DNA of 45,042 nt from a virus (IMGVR_UViG_2563366951_000002:1-45042), one strand, 5' to 3'. Shown: positions 1-9,172, counted from the stretch's first letter. The notes: a model not told the origin generated them from the letters alone. Numbers and translations: made by a program.

Positions 1-1284
1 TTACTTCTTCGCCTCTGCAACCACTTTGCTACCCACGCCGCGGTTATTGTATTCCCACATGCGGTTGTAGTTAGTGTCATTCAGATTGCGCTGTATTTCG
101 TCGTTATCATCTACGCTGCCGGTATTACCCGCAAACGGACGATTAGAGATCACCGCATCAGCCCACGGTTTAGCCGTGTTAAAACCTTCGTTGATGGCGC
201 TATCACGGATCACCACCTGACCGTTGGTATTGGCATCAACATCCAGCGAGCGGCCCAGTTGCGCCACACCATCACCGAAAGCATTGAAACGGCTGTTTAC
301 GGCGAGGAAACCGTAGTAAATGTTGGACAGCGTAGCCGGTGCAAACACATACGCTTCTTGCTGAGTACGTGAGTTCACCACGCGGAATTCGGTGTTATCG
401 AACACCACTGCGCCGCGACCAGAAACGATATCCACATCCCCTTCAATGTAGCTGTTGGTCACCAGCGTACGCGGCTGACGATTCGTTTCCAGACGGTTCT
501 GCACACCGCTGTTGGTGACAAAGAAGGTGTTCTGACGACCGAGAATGTTAACGTTGTTAATCTGTACCTGGTCACCATCAGTACGCAGTGCCACCGCCGG
601 ATGGTTACCTGCATCTACGCTATCGCCCAGCGTGTTTTCGATGGTCAGATTTTGCAGTTGCAGGCCATTGTTTTGTGACCAGAAGACCGCAGAGCAGAGA
701 ACACCGATACTGTCGCTGCGTTTGCTCTGGCAGCTATCGTACATATACCACGCTGGTTTACCTGGCATATATTTGCCGCGCGGGTTGACGTCGTGACGCC
801 AGTCGGTAGGGCTCATGCCACCATCAAGGGAAAGCCCAATCTTCACATCAATCGGTTTTTCACCTGTACCGTACAGAGTAATTCCACCCGGAGCGGCAGG
901 GACATATACCGTTCCCTGATACTCACCAGGCATCACGGCAATATACTGGCGCTTGTTGGTACGCTTGATAATTGCCGCATCTACCGCCGCCTGAATCGTG
1001 GTATGCGTTACACCTTGAGTGCCCGCCGGGCCGACAACAAATTCAGGTTGCGCAGGCAGGGTAATCGGGGAAGGATTCCACGCTGCAGCACCTGGTGTCA
1101 GGGATGCAAAATAGTGTTGAGCATCGAAATTCTGCGCTTCTTTTGCCGACAGAATCGGGCGAGAAGAGGTACCAGGCGCGGTTTGATCAGAAGGACGTTG
1201 ATCGGGCGGGGTTGAGCTACAGGCGGTCAGCGTCACGCCAAAAGCCAATGCCAGCGCCAGACGGGAAACTGAAAATGTGTTCAC
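1..1284 (-). CDS. ybhC: YbhC outer-membrane lipoprotein (pectinesterase-fold thioesterase family); host gene on the gal side of attB-lambda
   Basis: Complete 427-aa ORF from the track, GTG start; N-terminal lipoprotein signal with LTAC lipobox; recognised by recall as E. coli ybhC, consistent with position next to the lambda att core. Confidence 0.85.
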   Translation of the reverse strand: MNTFSVSRLALALAFGVTLTACSSTPPDQRPSDQTAPGTSSRPILSAKEAQNFDAQHYFASLTPGAAAWNPSPITLPAQPEFVVGPAGTQGVTHTTIQAAVDAAIIKRTNKRQYIAVMPGEYQGTVYVPAAPGGITLYGTGEKPIDVKIGLSLDGGMSPTDWRHDVNPRGKYMPGKPAWYMYDSCQSKRSDSIGVLCSAVFWSQNNGLQLQNLTIENTLGDSVDAGNHPAVALRTDGDQVQINNVNILGRQNTFFVTNSGVQNRLETNRQPRTLVTNSYIEGDVDIVSGRGAVVFDNTEFRVVNSRTQQEAYVFAPATLSNIYYGFLAVNSRFNAFGDGVAQLGRSLDVDANTNGQVVIRDSAINEGFNTAKPWADAVISNRPFAGNTGSVDDNDEIQRNLNDTNYNRMWEYNNRGVGSKVVAEAKK

Positions 1285-1330
1285 AGGTTGCTCCGGGCTA
1301 TGAAATAGAAAAATGAATCCGTTGAAGCCT

Positions 1331-1345
1331 GCTTTTTTATACTAA
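1331..1345. other. attL core (common core O of lambda att)
   Basis: GCTTTTTTATACTAA flanked on the left by host attB half (tgaagcct) and on the right by lambda P' arm (gttggcattataaaaaagcattgc...). Confidence 0.9.
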
Positions 1346-1390
1346 GTTGGCATTATAAAAAAGCATTGCTTATCAATTTGTTGCAACGAA

Positions 1391-1422
1391 CAGGTCACTA
1401 TCAGTCAAAATAAAATCATTAT
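1391..1422. promoter_or_regulatory. Int arm-type binding sites P'1-P'3 in the P' arm
   Basis: caggtcactatcagtcaaaataaaatcattat matches the lambda P' arm-type site cluster as recalled. Confidence 0.6.
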
Positions 1423-2489
1423 TTGATTTCAATTTTGTCCCACTCCCTGCCTCTGTCATCACGATACTGTGATGCCATGGTGTCCGACTTATGCCCGAGA
1501 AGATGTTGAGCAAACTTATCGCTTATCTGCTTCTCATAGAGTCTTGCAGACAAACTGCGCAACTCGTGAAAGGTAGGCGGATCCCCTTCGAAGGAAAGAC
1601 CTGATGCTTTTCGTGCGCGCATAAAATACCTTGATACTGTGCCGGATGAAAGCGGTTCACGACGAGTAGATGCAATTATGGTTTCTCCGCCAAGAATCTT
1701 TTTGCATTTATCAAGTGTTTCCTTCATTGATATCCCGAGAGCATCAACATGCAATGTTGTTGGGATGGCAATTTTTACGCCTGTTTTGCTTTGCTCGACA
1801 TAAAGATATCCATCTACGATATCAGACCACTTCATTTCGCATAAATCACCAACTCGCTGCCCGGTAACAACAGCCAGTTCCATTGCAAGTCTAAGCCAAC
1901 ATGGTGATGATTCTGCTGCTTGATAAATTTTCAGGTATTCGTCAGCTGTAAGTCTTGATCTCCTTACCTCTGATTTTGCTGCGCGAGTGGCAGCGACAGG
2001 GTTTGTTGTTATATGGCCTTCAGCTATTGCCTCTCGGAATGCATCGCTCAGTGTTGATCTGATTAACTTGGCTGACGCCGCCTTGCCCTCGTCTATGTAT
2101 CCATTGAGCATTGCCGCAATTTCTTTTGTGGTGATGTCTTCAAGTGGAGCATCAGGCAGCCCCCTCCTTATTGCTTTAATTTTGCTCATGTAATTTATGA
2201 GTGTCTTCTGCTTGATTCCTCTGCTGGCGAGGATTTTTTCGTAGCGATCAAGCCATGAATGTAACGTAACAGAATTATCACTGTTGATTCTCGCTGTCAG
2301 AGGCTTGTGTTTGTGTCCTGAAAATAACTCAATGTTTGCCTGTATTGCTTCAGTAATTGCTATCCTCCTGTCTCTGCCTAATCCGAACTCTTTACCCGTC
2401 CTTGGGTCCCTGTAGCAGTAATATCCATTGTTTCTTATATAAAGGTTAGGGGGTAAATCCCGGCGCTCATGACTTCGCCTTCTTCCCAT
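1419..2489 (-). CDS. int: Tyrosine integrase, lambda Int type (356 aa)
   Basis: ORF translation MGRRRSHERRDLPPNLYIRNNGYYCYRDPRTGKEFGLGRDRR... recognised as lambda Int; ATG at 2487-2489; adjacent to attL; overlaps xis 3' end as in lambda. Confidence 0.95.
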   Translation of the reverse strand: MGRRRSHERRDLPPNLYIRNNGYYCYRDPRTGKEFGLGRDRRIAITEAIQANIELFSGHKHKPLTARINSDNSVTLHSWLDRYEKILASRGIKQKTLINYMSKIKAIRRGLPDAPLEDITTKEIAAMLNGYIDEGKAASAKLIRSTLSDAFREAIAEGHITTNPVAATRAAKSEVRRSRLTADEYLKIYQAAESSPCWLRLAMELAVVTGQRVGDLCEMKWSDIVDGYLYVEQSKTGVKIAIPTTLHVDALGISMKETLDKCKKILGGETIIASTRREPLSSGTVSRYFMRARKASGLSFEGDPPTFHELRSLSARLYEKQISDKFAQHLLGHKSDTMASQYRDDRGREWDKIEIK

Positions 2490-2685
2490 TTCTGATCCTC
2501 TTCAAAAGGATACCTGTTATTGGTCGATTTAAGTCAACCTTTACCGCTGATTCGTGGAACAGATACTCTCTTCCATCCTTAACCGGAGGAGGGAATATCC
2601 TGCACTCGCGTACCCATCGACGAACTGTTTCAAGGCTTCTTGGGCGTCGCTGGCGTGCGTTCCACTCCTGAAGTGTCAAGTACAT
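2467..2685 (-). CDS. xis: Excisionase Xis (72 aa)
   Basis: Internal ATG at 2683-2685 gives MYLTLQEWNARQRRPRSLETVRRWVRECRIFPPPVKDGREY..., recognised as lambda Xis; GGAGA Shine-Dalgarno 7 nt upstream; the track ORF 2467-2892 continues in frame upstream without a stop. Confidence 0.85.
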   Translation of the reverse strand: MYLTLQEWNARQRRPRSLETVRRWVRECRIFPPPVKDGREYLFHESAVKVDLNRPITGILLKRIRNGKKAKS

Positions 2686-2992
2686 CGCAAAGTCTCCGCA
2701 ATTACACGCAAGAAAAAACCGCCTGATGGCGGTTTTGTGTTCTTTCAGTTCTTCAATTCGAATATTGGTTACGTCTGCATGTGCTATCTGCGCCCATATC
2801 ATCAAGTGGTCATAGCAGTCGTTGAAGTCCTCTGCTTCGATAACCCTGTTGAATGGTTCTCCATTCCATTCACCTGTGACTCGAAAGTGCATTTATCATC
2901 TCCATAAAGCAAAACTCGCCGTAGCGAGTTCAGATAAAAGAAATCCCCGCGAGTGCGAGGATTGTTATTCACCTTTAACGGCAAGTTGCAGG

Positions 2993-3793
2993 TTAGCCAC
3001 GGTTTACCTCCTGCGGCGGTTCCGGTAGCGGCATCCAGTGAGTTGCCTGCTCAATATCATTACCAGGCTTAATCGTTGCATCTCCGCGCCGAAAGGTGCT
3101 TCCGGTATAGCGTGCGGAGCATATTAGCGGTTCAACCAGAGAGCTATCGAAATTCACCGAAATAAGCACGTTCTGGCCCTTTTCAGGCATTCGCTCACTA
3201 CAGCTTATCCAACCATCCGGAGTTACCGGATAGTTGCCACCCTGAACAGTAGGCATATCCGGACCTTTGCGAATCGCCCTGGCAAGATCGATTTGGTCGT
3301 CGTACAACCAGTCACCTGTTTGCGGATGATTGGCTTCTGCCAATTGTGCAGCCCATTCAAGGCCGTCTTTGTGACCTTGCAGATAGTCCAGCGGTAACTC
3401 ATCACTATTACTTACAGGTTCGGCCTGAAGCATGGCGGCGCGATAGGCGTTCCAGCCGACAGCTTTTCCGTGTTCAAACGCGCTGTCAAAGTCATCATCA
3501 ATTTCCATCGCAGCGGGCACAGATACCGGCGCTGGCGGGGCGGTGTAGAGCGGCATTACCTCAATATTGAAGATATCCCCCTCGCTTGGACACGCCTCTG
3601 CGCTACCGTAAACCCAAGGGTGAACGACTCCGTTACGCTTGTTGATTAATCTGTGCGCCCACGCCACAGGCTCCGCTTCGAGCGATGCCAGCGCGATACG
3701 CGCCAGCGCCGAAGCCTCACCGCATTGAACGTGGTCAGTTTCGATAATTTGCTGTAACTGCTCTTTGGTGAATTCTCTGGTAATAGTGCTCAT
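2993..3793 (-). CDS. DUF551-like early-region protein (266 aa)
   Basis: ORF from track; C-terminal region (WISCSERMPEKG...THWMPLPEPP) resembles DUF551 proteins common in prophage early-left regions; same strand as int/xis. Confidence 0.6.
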   Translation of the reverse strand: MSTITREFTKEQLQQIIETDHVQCGEASALARIALASLEAEPVAWAHRLINKRNGVVHPWVYGSAEACPSEGDIFNIEVMPLYTAPPAPVSVPAAMEIDDDFDSAFEHGKAVGWNAYRAAMLQAEPVSNSDELPLDYLQGHKDGLEWAAQLAEANHPQTGDWLYDDQIDLARAIRKGPDMPTVQGGNYPVTPDGWISCSERMPEKGQNVLISVNFDSSLVEPLICSARYTGSTFRRGDATIKPGNDIEQATHWMPLPEPPQEVNRG

Positions 3794-3803
3794 AGGTTAG
3801 TCC

Positions 3804-3980
3804 TCAGTATCCAGAGTACGCGCGGAGTGATGCTATTCTCGCGGTGATATCATTGATGATTTCCTCCACTACCTCTGCGTGCTCATGTTCATCACGCAAG
3901 ACATCAAGGGCGCTGTCTATTTCACGGAGCATATCCTGCTGCCATTCAATATCTTCTGATTCCGGGATTTCGTATTTCAT
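3804..3980 (-). CDS. Small hypothetical protein (58 aa), not in the ORF track
   Basis: ATG at 3978-3980 immediately after the upstream gene's stop, TGA at 3804-3806; translation MKYEIPESEDIEWQQDMLREIDSALDVLRDEHEHAEVVEEIINDITARIASLRAYSGY; fills an otherwise uncoded gap in a tightly packed operon. Confidence 0.4.
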   Translation of the reverse strand: MKYEIPESEDIEWQQDMLREIDSALDVLRDEHEHAEVVEEIINDITARIASLRAYSGY

Positions 3981-3982
3981 GC

Positions 3983-4327
3983 TTACTCCCCTTTACCGGC
4001 TGCGGTGACGTTGATGCCAGCGTTATCACAGGCGATGCGGAATGCCTCTTGAAGTTCTCGCGCAACGTGTGGCACATAGCCGTCGAAGGTTGGCATTTCG
4101 ACAGTCTTCTTTTCTGCGGCTTCCAGCTCATCCAGCAGCGCCAGCACGGTAGTGGGGTTTGCTGCGGAGTTCAGCGCGTTCAAGGCAGTGATATCTGCAT
4201 CAAGCTGAGTTCCTTCTGCCAGTGAGATATCGAAAATGTCATCAGGCGGCATAACACTAAGGAGCTCATGTGCGCCAACTGCTGCCGCTGCGATTTCACG
4301 CAGCGCCTGTTTGTCGATGTTGCTCAT
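3983..4327 (-). CDS. Hypothetical early-region protein (114 aa)
   Basis: ORF from track; same strand and tight spacing with neighbours in the leftward early operon. Confidence 0.55.
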   Translation of the reverse strand: MSNIDKQALREIAAAAVGAHELLSVMPPDDIFDISLAEGTQLDADITALNALNSAANPTTVLALLDELEAAEKKTVEMPTFDGYVPHVARELQEAFRIACDNAGINVTAAGKGE

Positions 4328-4596
4328 TGGGCGGTTCCTTCGTAACCGATGGCTTCTGCAATTTCAGCAAGTGTCTCTGCACTTTCACCCACTGGCTCAT
4401 TCATCCAGTCGAAGGAAACAAGCTTACCGCCTTCGATAACGCCGATGTTGAAATCATCACTACCTTGTGTTTTCAGACCATGCTTGATTGCCTTATCGCG
4501 CTTATCGAAGTCAACGCCGTCTGTCGTGTATTCAACTCCATGGCCTTTCTCGTTGCACCACCAGTACTGCTGAATAACGATGTATGATTTTCTCAT
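4324..4596 (-). CDS. Hypothetical early-region protein (90 aa)
   Basis: ORF from track; 4-nt overlap with flanking genes suggests translational coupling. Confidence 0.5.
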   Translation of the reverse strand: MRKSYIVIQQYWWCNEKGHGVEYTTDGVDFDKRDKAIKHGLKTQGSDDFNIGVIEGGKLVSFDWMNEPVGESAETLAEIAEAIGYEGTAQ

Positions 4597-5225
4597 GACT
4601 GCACTCCTTTGCGAATTTGGTAGGCATGGACGCGCATTATGTCGATTGCCTTCGATGTGACAGGATGCTGATGGTTCATCATCGCAATGACTGTGTTAAT
4701 CGCTGAATCCACACCCTGCGCCCGCACTTCAGCCAGAAAAGCATCGGTGGCTGGGGTTTTGTTATCTGACTCCAGCCACTGGTTGTAGTAATAATCGAAC
4801 ATGCCAGTAGGATAACCACATCCGCTGTGCACGTGGTCTTTCATAGCAGAACCACACATGCAGTAGTCATTGTCAGTATTACTAATGATGTCGATAAGTT
4901 GCTGTGTCCGTTGCTTCAACATCGCATTCTCCGCCGCCAGCGCCGAAAACTTCTCGTGTGCCAACTTAACAGCTGCATCAGCCTGCTTAATTGACTCAGT
5001 CGCTTTCTGGTGGTCTTCGGCCAGCCCTGCTAAATCAGCCTCCAGTTCGGCTAGGCGTTCATTTAATGCATCTCGTTCATCCAGTAGAGCCAGCACAACC
5101 TGAGGTGTGACTTTCATACGAAATGCCAGCAATTTTTGAGGTGTTGCTACTGTTTCAATTGCTACTGCTGCCTCACGCAGTACCTGATAGTCAATCTTGC
5201 TCACTGGTTGCCTCCTTTGCGCCAC
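4593..5225 (-). CDS. Hypothetical coiled-coil protein with Cys/His-rich C-terminus (210 aa), possibly Ead/Ea22-like
   Basis: ORF from track; central Ala/Glu/Leu-rich heptad-like segment; C-terminal CMCGSAMKDHVHSGCGYP cluster; family assignment is by recall only. Confidence 0.55.
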   Translation of the reverse strand: MAQRRQPVSKIDYQVLREAAVAIETVATPQKLLAFRMKVTPQVVLALLDERDALNERLAELEADLAGLAEDHQKATESIKQADAAVKLAHEKFSALAAENAMLKQRTQQLIDIISNTDNDYCMCGSAMKDHVHSGCGYPTGMFDYYYNQWLESDNKTPATDAFLAEVRAQGVDSAINTVIAMMNHQHPVTSKAIDIMRVHAYQIRKGVQS

Positions 5226-5384
5226 ATCGCATTCAGATATTTGTTGTCATTAACAGAACCGAAACTATTTCTCTTAAGCAATTACTCTCTCGATGGCATT
5301 GGCTTTACGCGTTGGCGAATAATCATTTCTGCCGGAAGAATGCCGGGATTGTATGCAAGTCCTCTCATGGTAAATTCCTCTTTG

Positions 5385-5699
5385 TTAATTTATTCGTATG
5401 CCTGCTCTTTCTTCATCGAGTTTTTTTAGCTTGTATCGCATAGCTCTTACTGAATAAATTGAGCGGCAGGTTGCAATTGCTATTTCTTCTGCGGAGAACT
5501 TACCGAAAAGTGATACTTCGGCTCTTGTCCATCGTCTTCCACGAAGTCTGCTAACAATGTCAGCGCCAATCCTTGTTGCTTTCGCCATTACTGCTTTTTC
5601 AGTCCTTTCCAGTTTTTCAGCGATAACTTCAACTGGCATTGTCGCCGCTACTTCGCGCAAGAAATCGACTTCCCATTTCTCCCAAGGAGTCTTTTTCAT
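5385..5699 (-). CDS. Hypothetical protein (104 aa)
   Basis: ORF from track with ATG start; basic protein in the early-left operon. Confidence 0.5.
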   Translation of the reverse strand: MKKTPWEKWEVDFLREVAATMPVEVIAEKLERTEKAVMAKATRIGADIVSRLRGRRWTRAEVSLFGKFSAEEIAIATCRSIYSVRAMRYKLKKLDEERAGIRIN

Positions 5700-5710
5700 A
5701 GGCGATACCG

Positions 5711-6193
5711 TTATTTGATAAGAAGTGAAGGTTTCCCAACCTTGAGTTGAGCACCGGGGATATTTATTCCTGCTTTTAGTTGGTGTTTGATTGCCAGTTT
5801 GTCGGCTTTAATTGTCGTTTCAAACTCAACGTATTCAGGAGGAAGGGCGCTTGAGTCGATTATTTCTACAATTTCTGACGGTTTGCGGATTGTTACCTGG
5901 TGAATACCTGCTCGAATCTTTTTCTTGCCAACCATTTCAAGCGATGACGCTATATACGCCATAATGCTGTCAATCTTATTTTGAATTACTGCGGCTCGCT
6001 CATTTAGTGACTTTGCCTCTTCCTTGAGGCGTTCAGCATAACCAGATTCATTTTTAATAATGGCAAGAAGTTGTTCTATTTTATCGGTAAATTCTCCTTC
6101 CATGCCTTCTATTGTGTCAGCAATCATCTCTGGCTCTAAATCTGAATCCATCAGCTTTGCGTATTCATTGGCTATTTCATACAGTTTGCTCAC
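5711..6193 (-). CDS. Gp157-family protein (siphovirus Gp157-like), partner of RecT
   Basis: Track ORF 5711-6199 starts at TTG; GTG at 6191-6193 has GGAGG 6 nt upstream; translation (P)VSKLYEIANEYAKLMDSDLEPEMIADTIEG... resembles Gp157 proteins found beside recT. Confidence 0.6.
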   Translation of the reverse strand: MSKLYEIANEYAKLMDSDLEPEMIADTIEGMEGEFTDKIEQLLAIIKNESGYAERLKEEAKSLNERAAVIQNKIDSIMAYIASSLEMVGKKKIRAGIHQVTIRKPSEIVEIIDSSALPPEYVEFETTIKADKLAIKHQLKAGINIPGAQLKVGKPSLLIK

Positions 6194-7088
6194 TGGCAAC
6201 CTCCAGTTTCGCTTTGCATTCTGCGTAAATGGCTTGTACGTTCTGCTGCAATTTCATTCCAGATGTCAGGCGATATGCTTCTGCAAAATATCGCTTCAAA
6301 TCATCCATGTTTTCAGCATGAGCCATTTCATCACAAAGAAGTTGTGCTTTATCCGTTATTTCCTGCTGGCGTTTCCTTTCATCTTCGCGGATATCTTCCT
6401 CTGATTTGTGCGGCATAACTGGTTCAGTCCACACACCTTCTTCTTCGTTTAGTACGTGAATAGCACTATCAAGACGTGATGCCTTAGGCCAATACTTGCT
6501 TGCACGCTTTACGACAGTCTTTCGCGCCATCTCATTCCAGTGATTTACCCATGGTCCTTTATCGCTGAATGCTGCCTTGCTTGTTTTCCTTACAGCCTCA
6601 ATTTCAGCCAGACTCATCTCTTCCGTTAGATAATCACCTGCTGGCGTCTTAACTGTGCAGTAAACGCCAACAATATCACCACGATCACCGAAGGCGTTGT
6701 ATTTATGGGTTGGTGCTTTATCAAGCCCGTTTGACTCATAGTTATCGTTAGCATGAACAATTTTTGCCTGACCCCATGAGATAACACCAGACTCCATTGC
6801 AATATGGAGCAATCCCATATAACTGATATCAAGGCACACCATGCCGTCGCGCGGAACCAGATAAGCCAGTTTGCTGGCCGGGTTTAAGGTGATACCGATC
6901 GCCGCAACATTGATGATGGCGTTCTGTGCGCTGGTTGGATTTGCCAGTGCTGTTTTAGCCAGGTAATCATTTTTCTGGAAATACTGAATTGCAAACTGGC
7001 TTTCCTTAGCCCATGTCACCGTCTGTTCAGTCAATGCTCCGCAGAATAACTGCTCTTGCTGTTTAACGAATTCAACGATATTGCTCAT
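6177..7088 (-). CDS. recT: RecT-family single-strand annealing recombinase (303 aa)
   Basis: ORF from track, ATG start; length and sequence character recognised as RecT family; sits where lambda bet would be. Confidence 0.8.
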   Translation of the reverse strand: MSNIVEFVKQQEQLFCGALTEQTVTWAKESQFAIQYFQKNDYLAKTALANPTSAQNAIINVAAIGITLNPASKLAYLVPRDGMVCLDISYMGLLHIAMESGVISWGQAKIVHANDNYESNGLDKAPTHKYNAFGDRGDIVGVYCTVKTPAGDYLTEEMSLAEIEAVRKTSKAAFSDKGPWVNHWNEMARKTVVKRASKYWPKASRLDSAIHVLNEEEGVWTEPVMPHKSEEDIREDERKRQQEITDKAQLLCDEMAHAENMDDLKRYFAEAYRLTSGMKLQQNVQAIYAECKAKLEVASEQTV

Positions 7089-7396
7089 GCTGCTTCTCCA
7101 TAAACGTGTCTGCGTTTGAATATTGCGAAGGCATATTCAGCCTTAACTCTTTCGGTTATTGCATCCCAGAACCATTCAGCGGCTTTTTCCTGATAGTTAC
7201 AGTCATCATCTTCCAGCCAGTCGATAGCGTCCTTAGTGTGTTCATCTGGTTTATATGAGCGAAGCATTTCGCTTATTGGGTCGCAACGTTTGCAGAGGCG
7301 ATCAACTTCACTGTTGATTCGTTCGTAATCTTCATCAGTAAAACTTGCGATAATTTGCGATATTTCACGCTTATCATTCAGAGTCAGAATCATCAT
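7085..7396 (-). CDS. Hypothetical acidic protein (103 aa)
   Basis: ORF from track; ATG start overlapping recT stop. Confidence 0.5.
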   Translation of the reverse strand: MMILTLNDKREISQIIASFTDEDYERINSEVDRLCKRCDPISEMLRSYKPDEHTKDAIDWLEDDDCNYQEKAAEWFWDAITERVKAEYAFAIFKRRHVYGEAA

Positions 7397-7477
7397 CTTT
7401 CTCCTGTTCTTTGTGCTGATTGAGCATTTTGTTCATCTGACGAATGAATTCTTCGTCTGACCAGTTATCTGTAAAAC

Positions 7478-7648
7478 TCATGGACGGCCTTGTTGTTTCA
7501 AAATATCCCAAAGCTTTTCGAGAAAACTTTTCATTCTTGGTTGTTTAAAGTCTGCTCCGGTTAAAATATTTTTTCGTGAATGCTGTACCGATAAAATCGG
7601 GTTGAAAGGGCGAACCGATGCCGCCCCTGCAATAGCGAACTGTTGCAT
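7478..7648 (-). CDS. cIII: CIII-like protein (FtsH inhibitor homologue, 56 aa)
   Basis: Internal ATG at 7646-7648 with AAGGAG 5-6 nt upstream; MQQFAIAGAASV...KLWDILKQQGRP resembles lambda CIII (MQYAIAGWPVAG...KRLIDILNQPG); the longer track ORF 7478-7753 would run through an upstream terminator hairpin. Confidence 0.65.
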   Translation of the reverse strand: MQQFAIAGAASVRPFNPILSVQHSRKNILTGADFKQPRMKSFLEKLWDILKQQGRP

Positions 7649-7710
7649 AGGATGCTCCTTCTGTTTGATTGCATAACGAAAACGCCTCAAGTGAAGCGTT
7701 ATTGATATGC

Positions 7711-7738
7711 ATATAAAAAGGCCCTCACACTGGAGGGC
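7711..7738 (-). terminator. Intrinsic terminator in the leftward early operon (tL-like)
   Basis: On the minus strand: stem GCCCTC/GAGGGC with 6-nt loop followed by CTTTTTATAT. Confidence 0.5.
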
Positions 7739-7833
7739 AAAGAAGATTTCCAATAATCAGAACAAGTCGGCTCCTGTTTAGTTACGAGCGACATTGCTCC
7801 GTGTATTCACTCGTTGGAATGAATACACAGTGC

Positions 7834-8037
7834 TTATTCGCGAGCTTTGAGCATTGCGTCTGCAAACTTATATGCAGCGCTTGCTGCATAATTAACAGCT
7901 CCATCAGAATCATTATCGATAATCGATGGATTGCTAATCATTGCTTGCATAGCCTTTGCCGCGAAGTAATCACGTAATGTCGCATCACTTGCCATTTCTG
8001 GGCGTTTGATATCTGCTTCATAAAACTCGCACATCAT
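7834..8037 (-). CDS. Hypothetical small protein (67 aa) between N and cIII
   Basis: ORF from track; 4-nt overlap with the upstream gene. Confidence 0.5.
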   Translation of the reverse strand: MMCEFYEADIKRPEMASDATLRDYFAAKAMQAMISNPSIIDNDSDGAVNYAASAAYKFADAMLKARE

Positions 8038-8327
8038 TCACCTCCCAGAGCCTTGCTGATTGCTGCAAGACCTTTATTAACAGCTCCATACCATTCTGGA
8101 TATGTTGTCGTTGTTCTATTTTTGGTTTGCTTAAGTAATAACTGAAGTGCTTCGAGAAGGTCAGGAGCTGCTGCTATCAGTAGCGCATCCTCCATTTCAT
8201 TTCTTGTTGCTACTTCAATGTATGTGTCACCAATCGTCACACCATGGAACGTAGTCATCATCTCGTTGACGTTTCTAACCGTGTACTTCCATTTACCAGG
8301 CGTACCCTTAAACTCTTTCATATTCAC
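8034..8327 (-). CDS. Hypothetical protein (97 aa) between N and cIII
   Basis: ORF from track, ATG start. Confidence 0.5.
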   Translation of the reverse strand: MNMKEFKGTPGKWKYTVRNVNEMMTTFHGVTIGDTYIEVATRNEMEDALLIAAAPDLLEALQLLLKQTKNRTTTTYPEWYGAVNKGLAAISKALGGE

Positions 8328-8375
8328 CTCTGTTGTTTATGCCAAAAGAAGGCCGACTATGCGGCATAATTATTT

Positions 8376-8564
8376 TTAACTATCATCAATACATGGCACT
8401 TTATTCCAGTCGATATCGTTTTTATTGTCGTCCCACATGTCTTTGTTTTTGTATTTCTCGCTACATCCTAGGCAAATGTTGTATGGCCTACCGATAAGGT
8501 TTAACGAAATACGTTGCATTTCATTTGATTCAAACATGTATCCACAGAACTGACATTTATGCAT
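8376..8564 (-). CDS. Small zinc-ribbon-like protein (62 aa)
   Basis: ORF from track; two CxxC pairs (CQFCG ... CLGC) spaced as in a zinc ribbon. Confidence 0.5.
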   Translation of the reverse strand: MHKCQFCGYMFESNEMQRISLNLIGRPYNICLGCSEKYKNKDMWDDNKNDIDWNKVPCIDDS

Positions 8565-8623
8565 ATCTCACCCCTCATACAGTAGCTTACTGCCTAATTT
8601 CATTTTCTGGCGACCAACACAAG

Positions 8624-9007
8624 TCACCTCGCCGTCAGTTGTTTTGATTTCCGGTAGCCTGCCGCGTAAATGGCTACGTTTGGAAGACATACACCAGTTT
8701 CTGGTTGCTTATGTCCAAACTCATTCGCGTACACAATGGCCGCTCGCTCCAGATTGCGTCTGTATTCTTTCTGTTGCCAGATCACGTCCTGTGCCATGAA
8801 CTTAATTGGCTTAGCGTCTTCTATGCGCTCAGGCGTTTCGTGAGTACCTTTAGCCTGAATCTGCGCTCTGCTTAGAGTAGGGCGGTGTAATACTTCTGAA
8901 CTTATTGCTTCTTCGCGGGCCAGTACGCCGTTAGCTAATGCCTTTGCCTTTAAACGCTCACGACGACGAGAACGTGAATTGCCTTTGAACTGAGTTCTGC
9001 GTGTCAT
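8624..9007 (-). CDS. N: Antitermination protein N, P22/phage-21 type (127 aa)
   Basis: ATG at 9005-9007 with AGGAGG upstream; N-terminal arginine-rich motif (NSRSRRRERLKAKA); C-terminus ...YAAGYRKSKQLTAR resembles P22-type N as recalled; first gene downstream of pL and nutL. Confidence 0.7.
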   Translation of the reverse strand: MTRRTQFKGNSRSRRRERLKAKALANGVLAREEAISSEVLHRPTLSRAQIQAKGTHETPERIEDAKPIKFMAQDVIWQQKEYRRNLERAAIVYANEFGHKQPETGVCLPNVAIYAAGYRKSKQLTAR

Positions 9008-9172
9008 ATAGACCTCCTGATGAACTTTGGTGGTGTGGTAGGTGGGAGACCCATTTCGACCTGTTTCGGCCTACTTCAATTCGGCAATAGTCCCGCAGGC
9101 CTCGCCGCTTTACGTGCGACATATTCCCGTCCATGAACCCTTCACCACACCCCAAAGTTCACTTTGGTTATT

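Noticed and set aside
545-1316. Plus-strand ORFs overlapping ybhC (545-796, 588-788, 793-1215, 1095-1316)
   Set aside because: All lie antisense to or overlapping the complete ybhC coding sequence; chance ORFs.
2467-2892. Calling the whole 141-aa track ORF as Xis
   Set aside because: The recognisable Xis sequence begins at an internal Met (2683-2685) with its own Shine-Dalgarno; the upstream extension is reported separately as an open question.
7374-7481. 35-aa minus-strand ORF (MSFTDNWSDEEFIRQMNKMLNQHKEQEKDDDSDSE) overlapping the cIII stop and the next gene's start
   Set aside because: Very short, overlaps the start of the 103-aa gene in another frame and has no clear ribosome-binding site; kept only as a note.
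7478-7753. The 91-aa track ORF as the cIII gene
   Set aside because: Its N-terminal 35 codons run through a terminator hairpin and lack a ribosome-binding site; the internal ATG at 7648 with AAGGAG gives a product matching CIII length and sequence.
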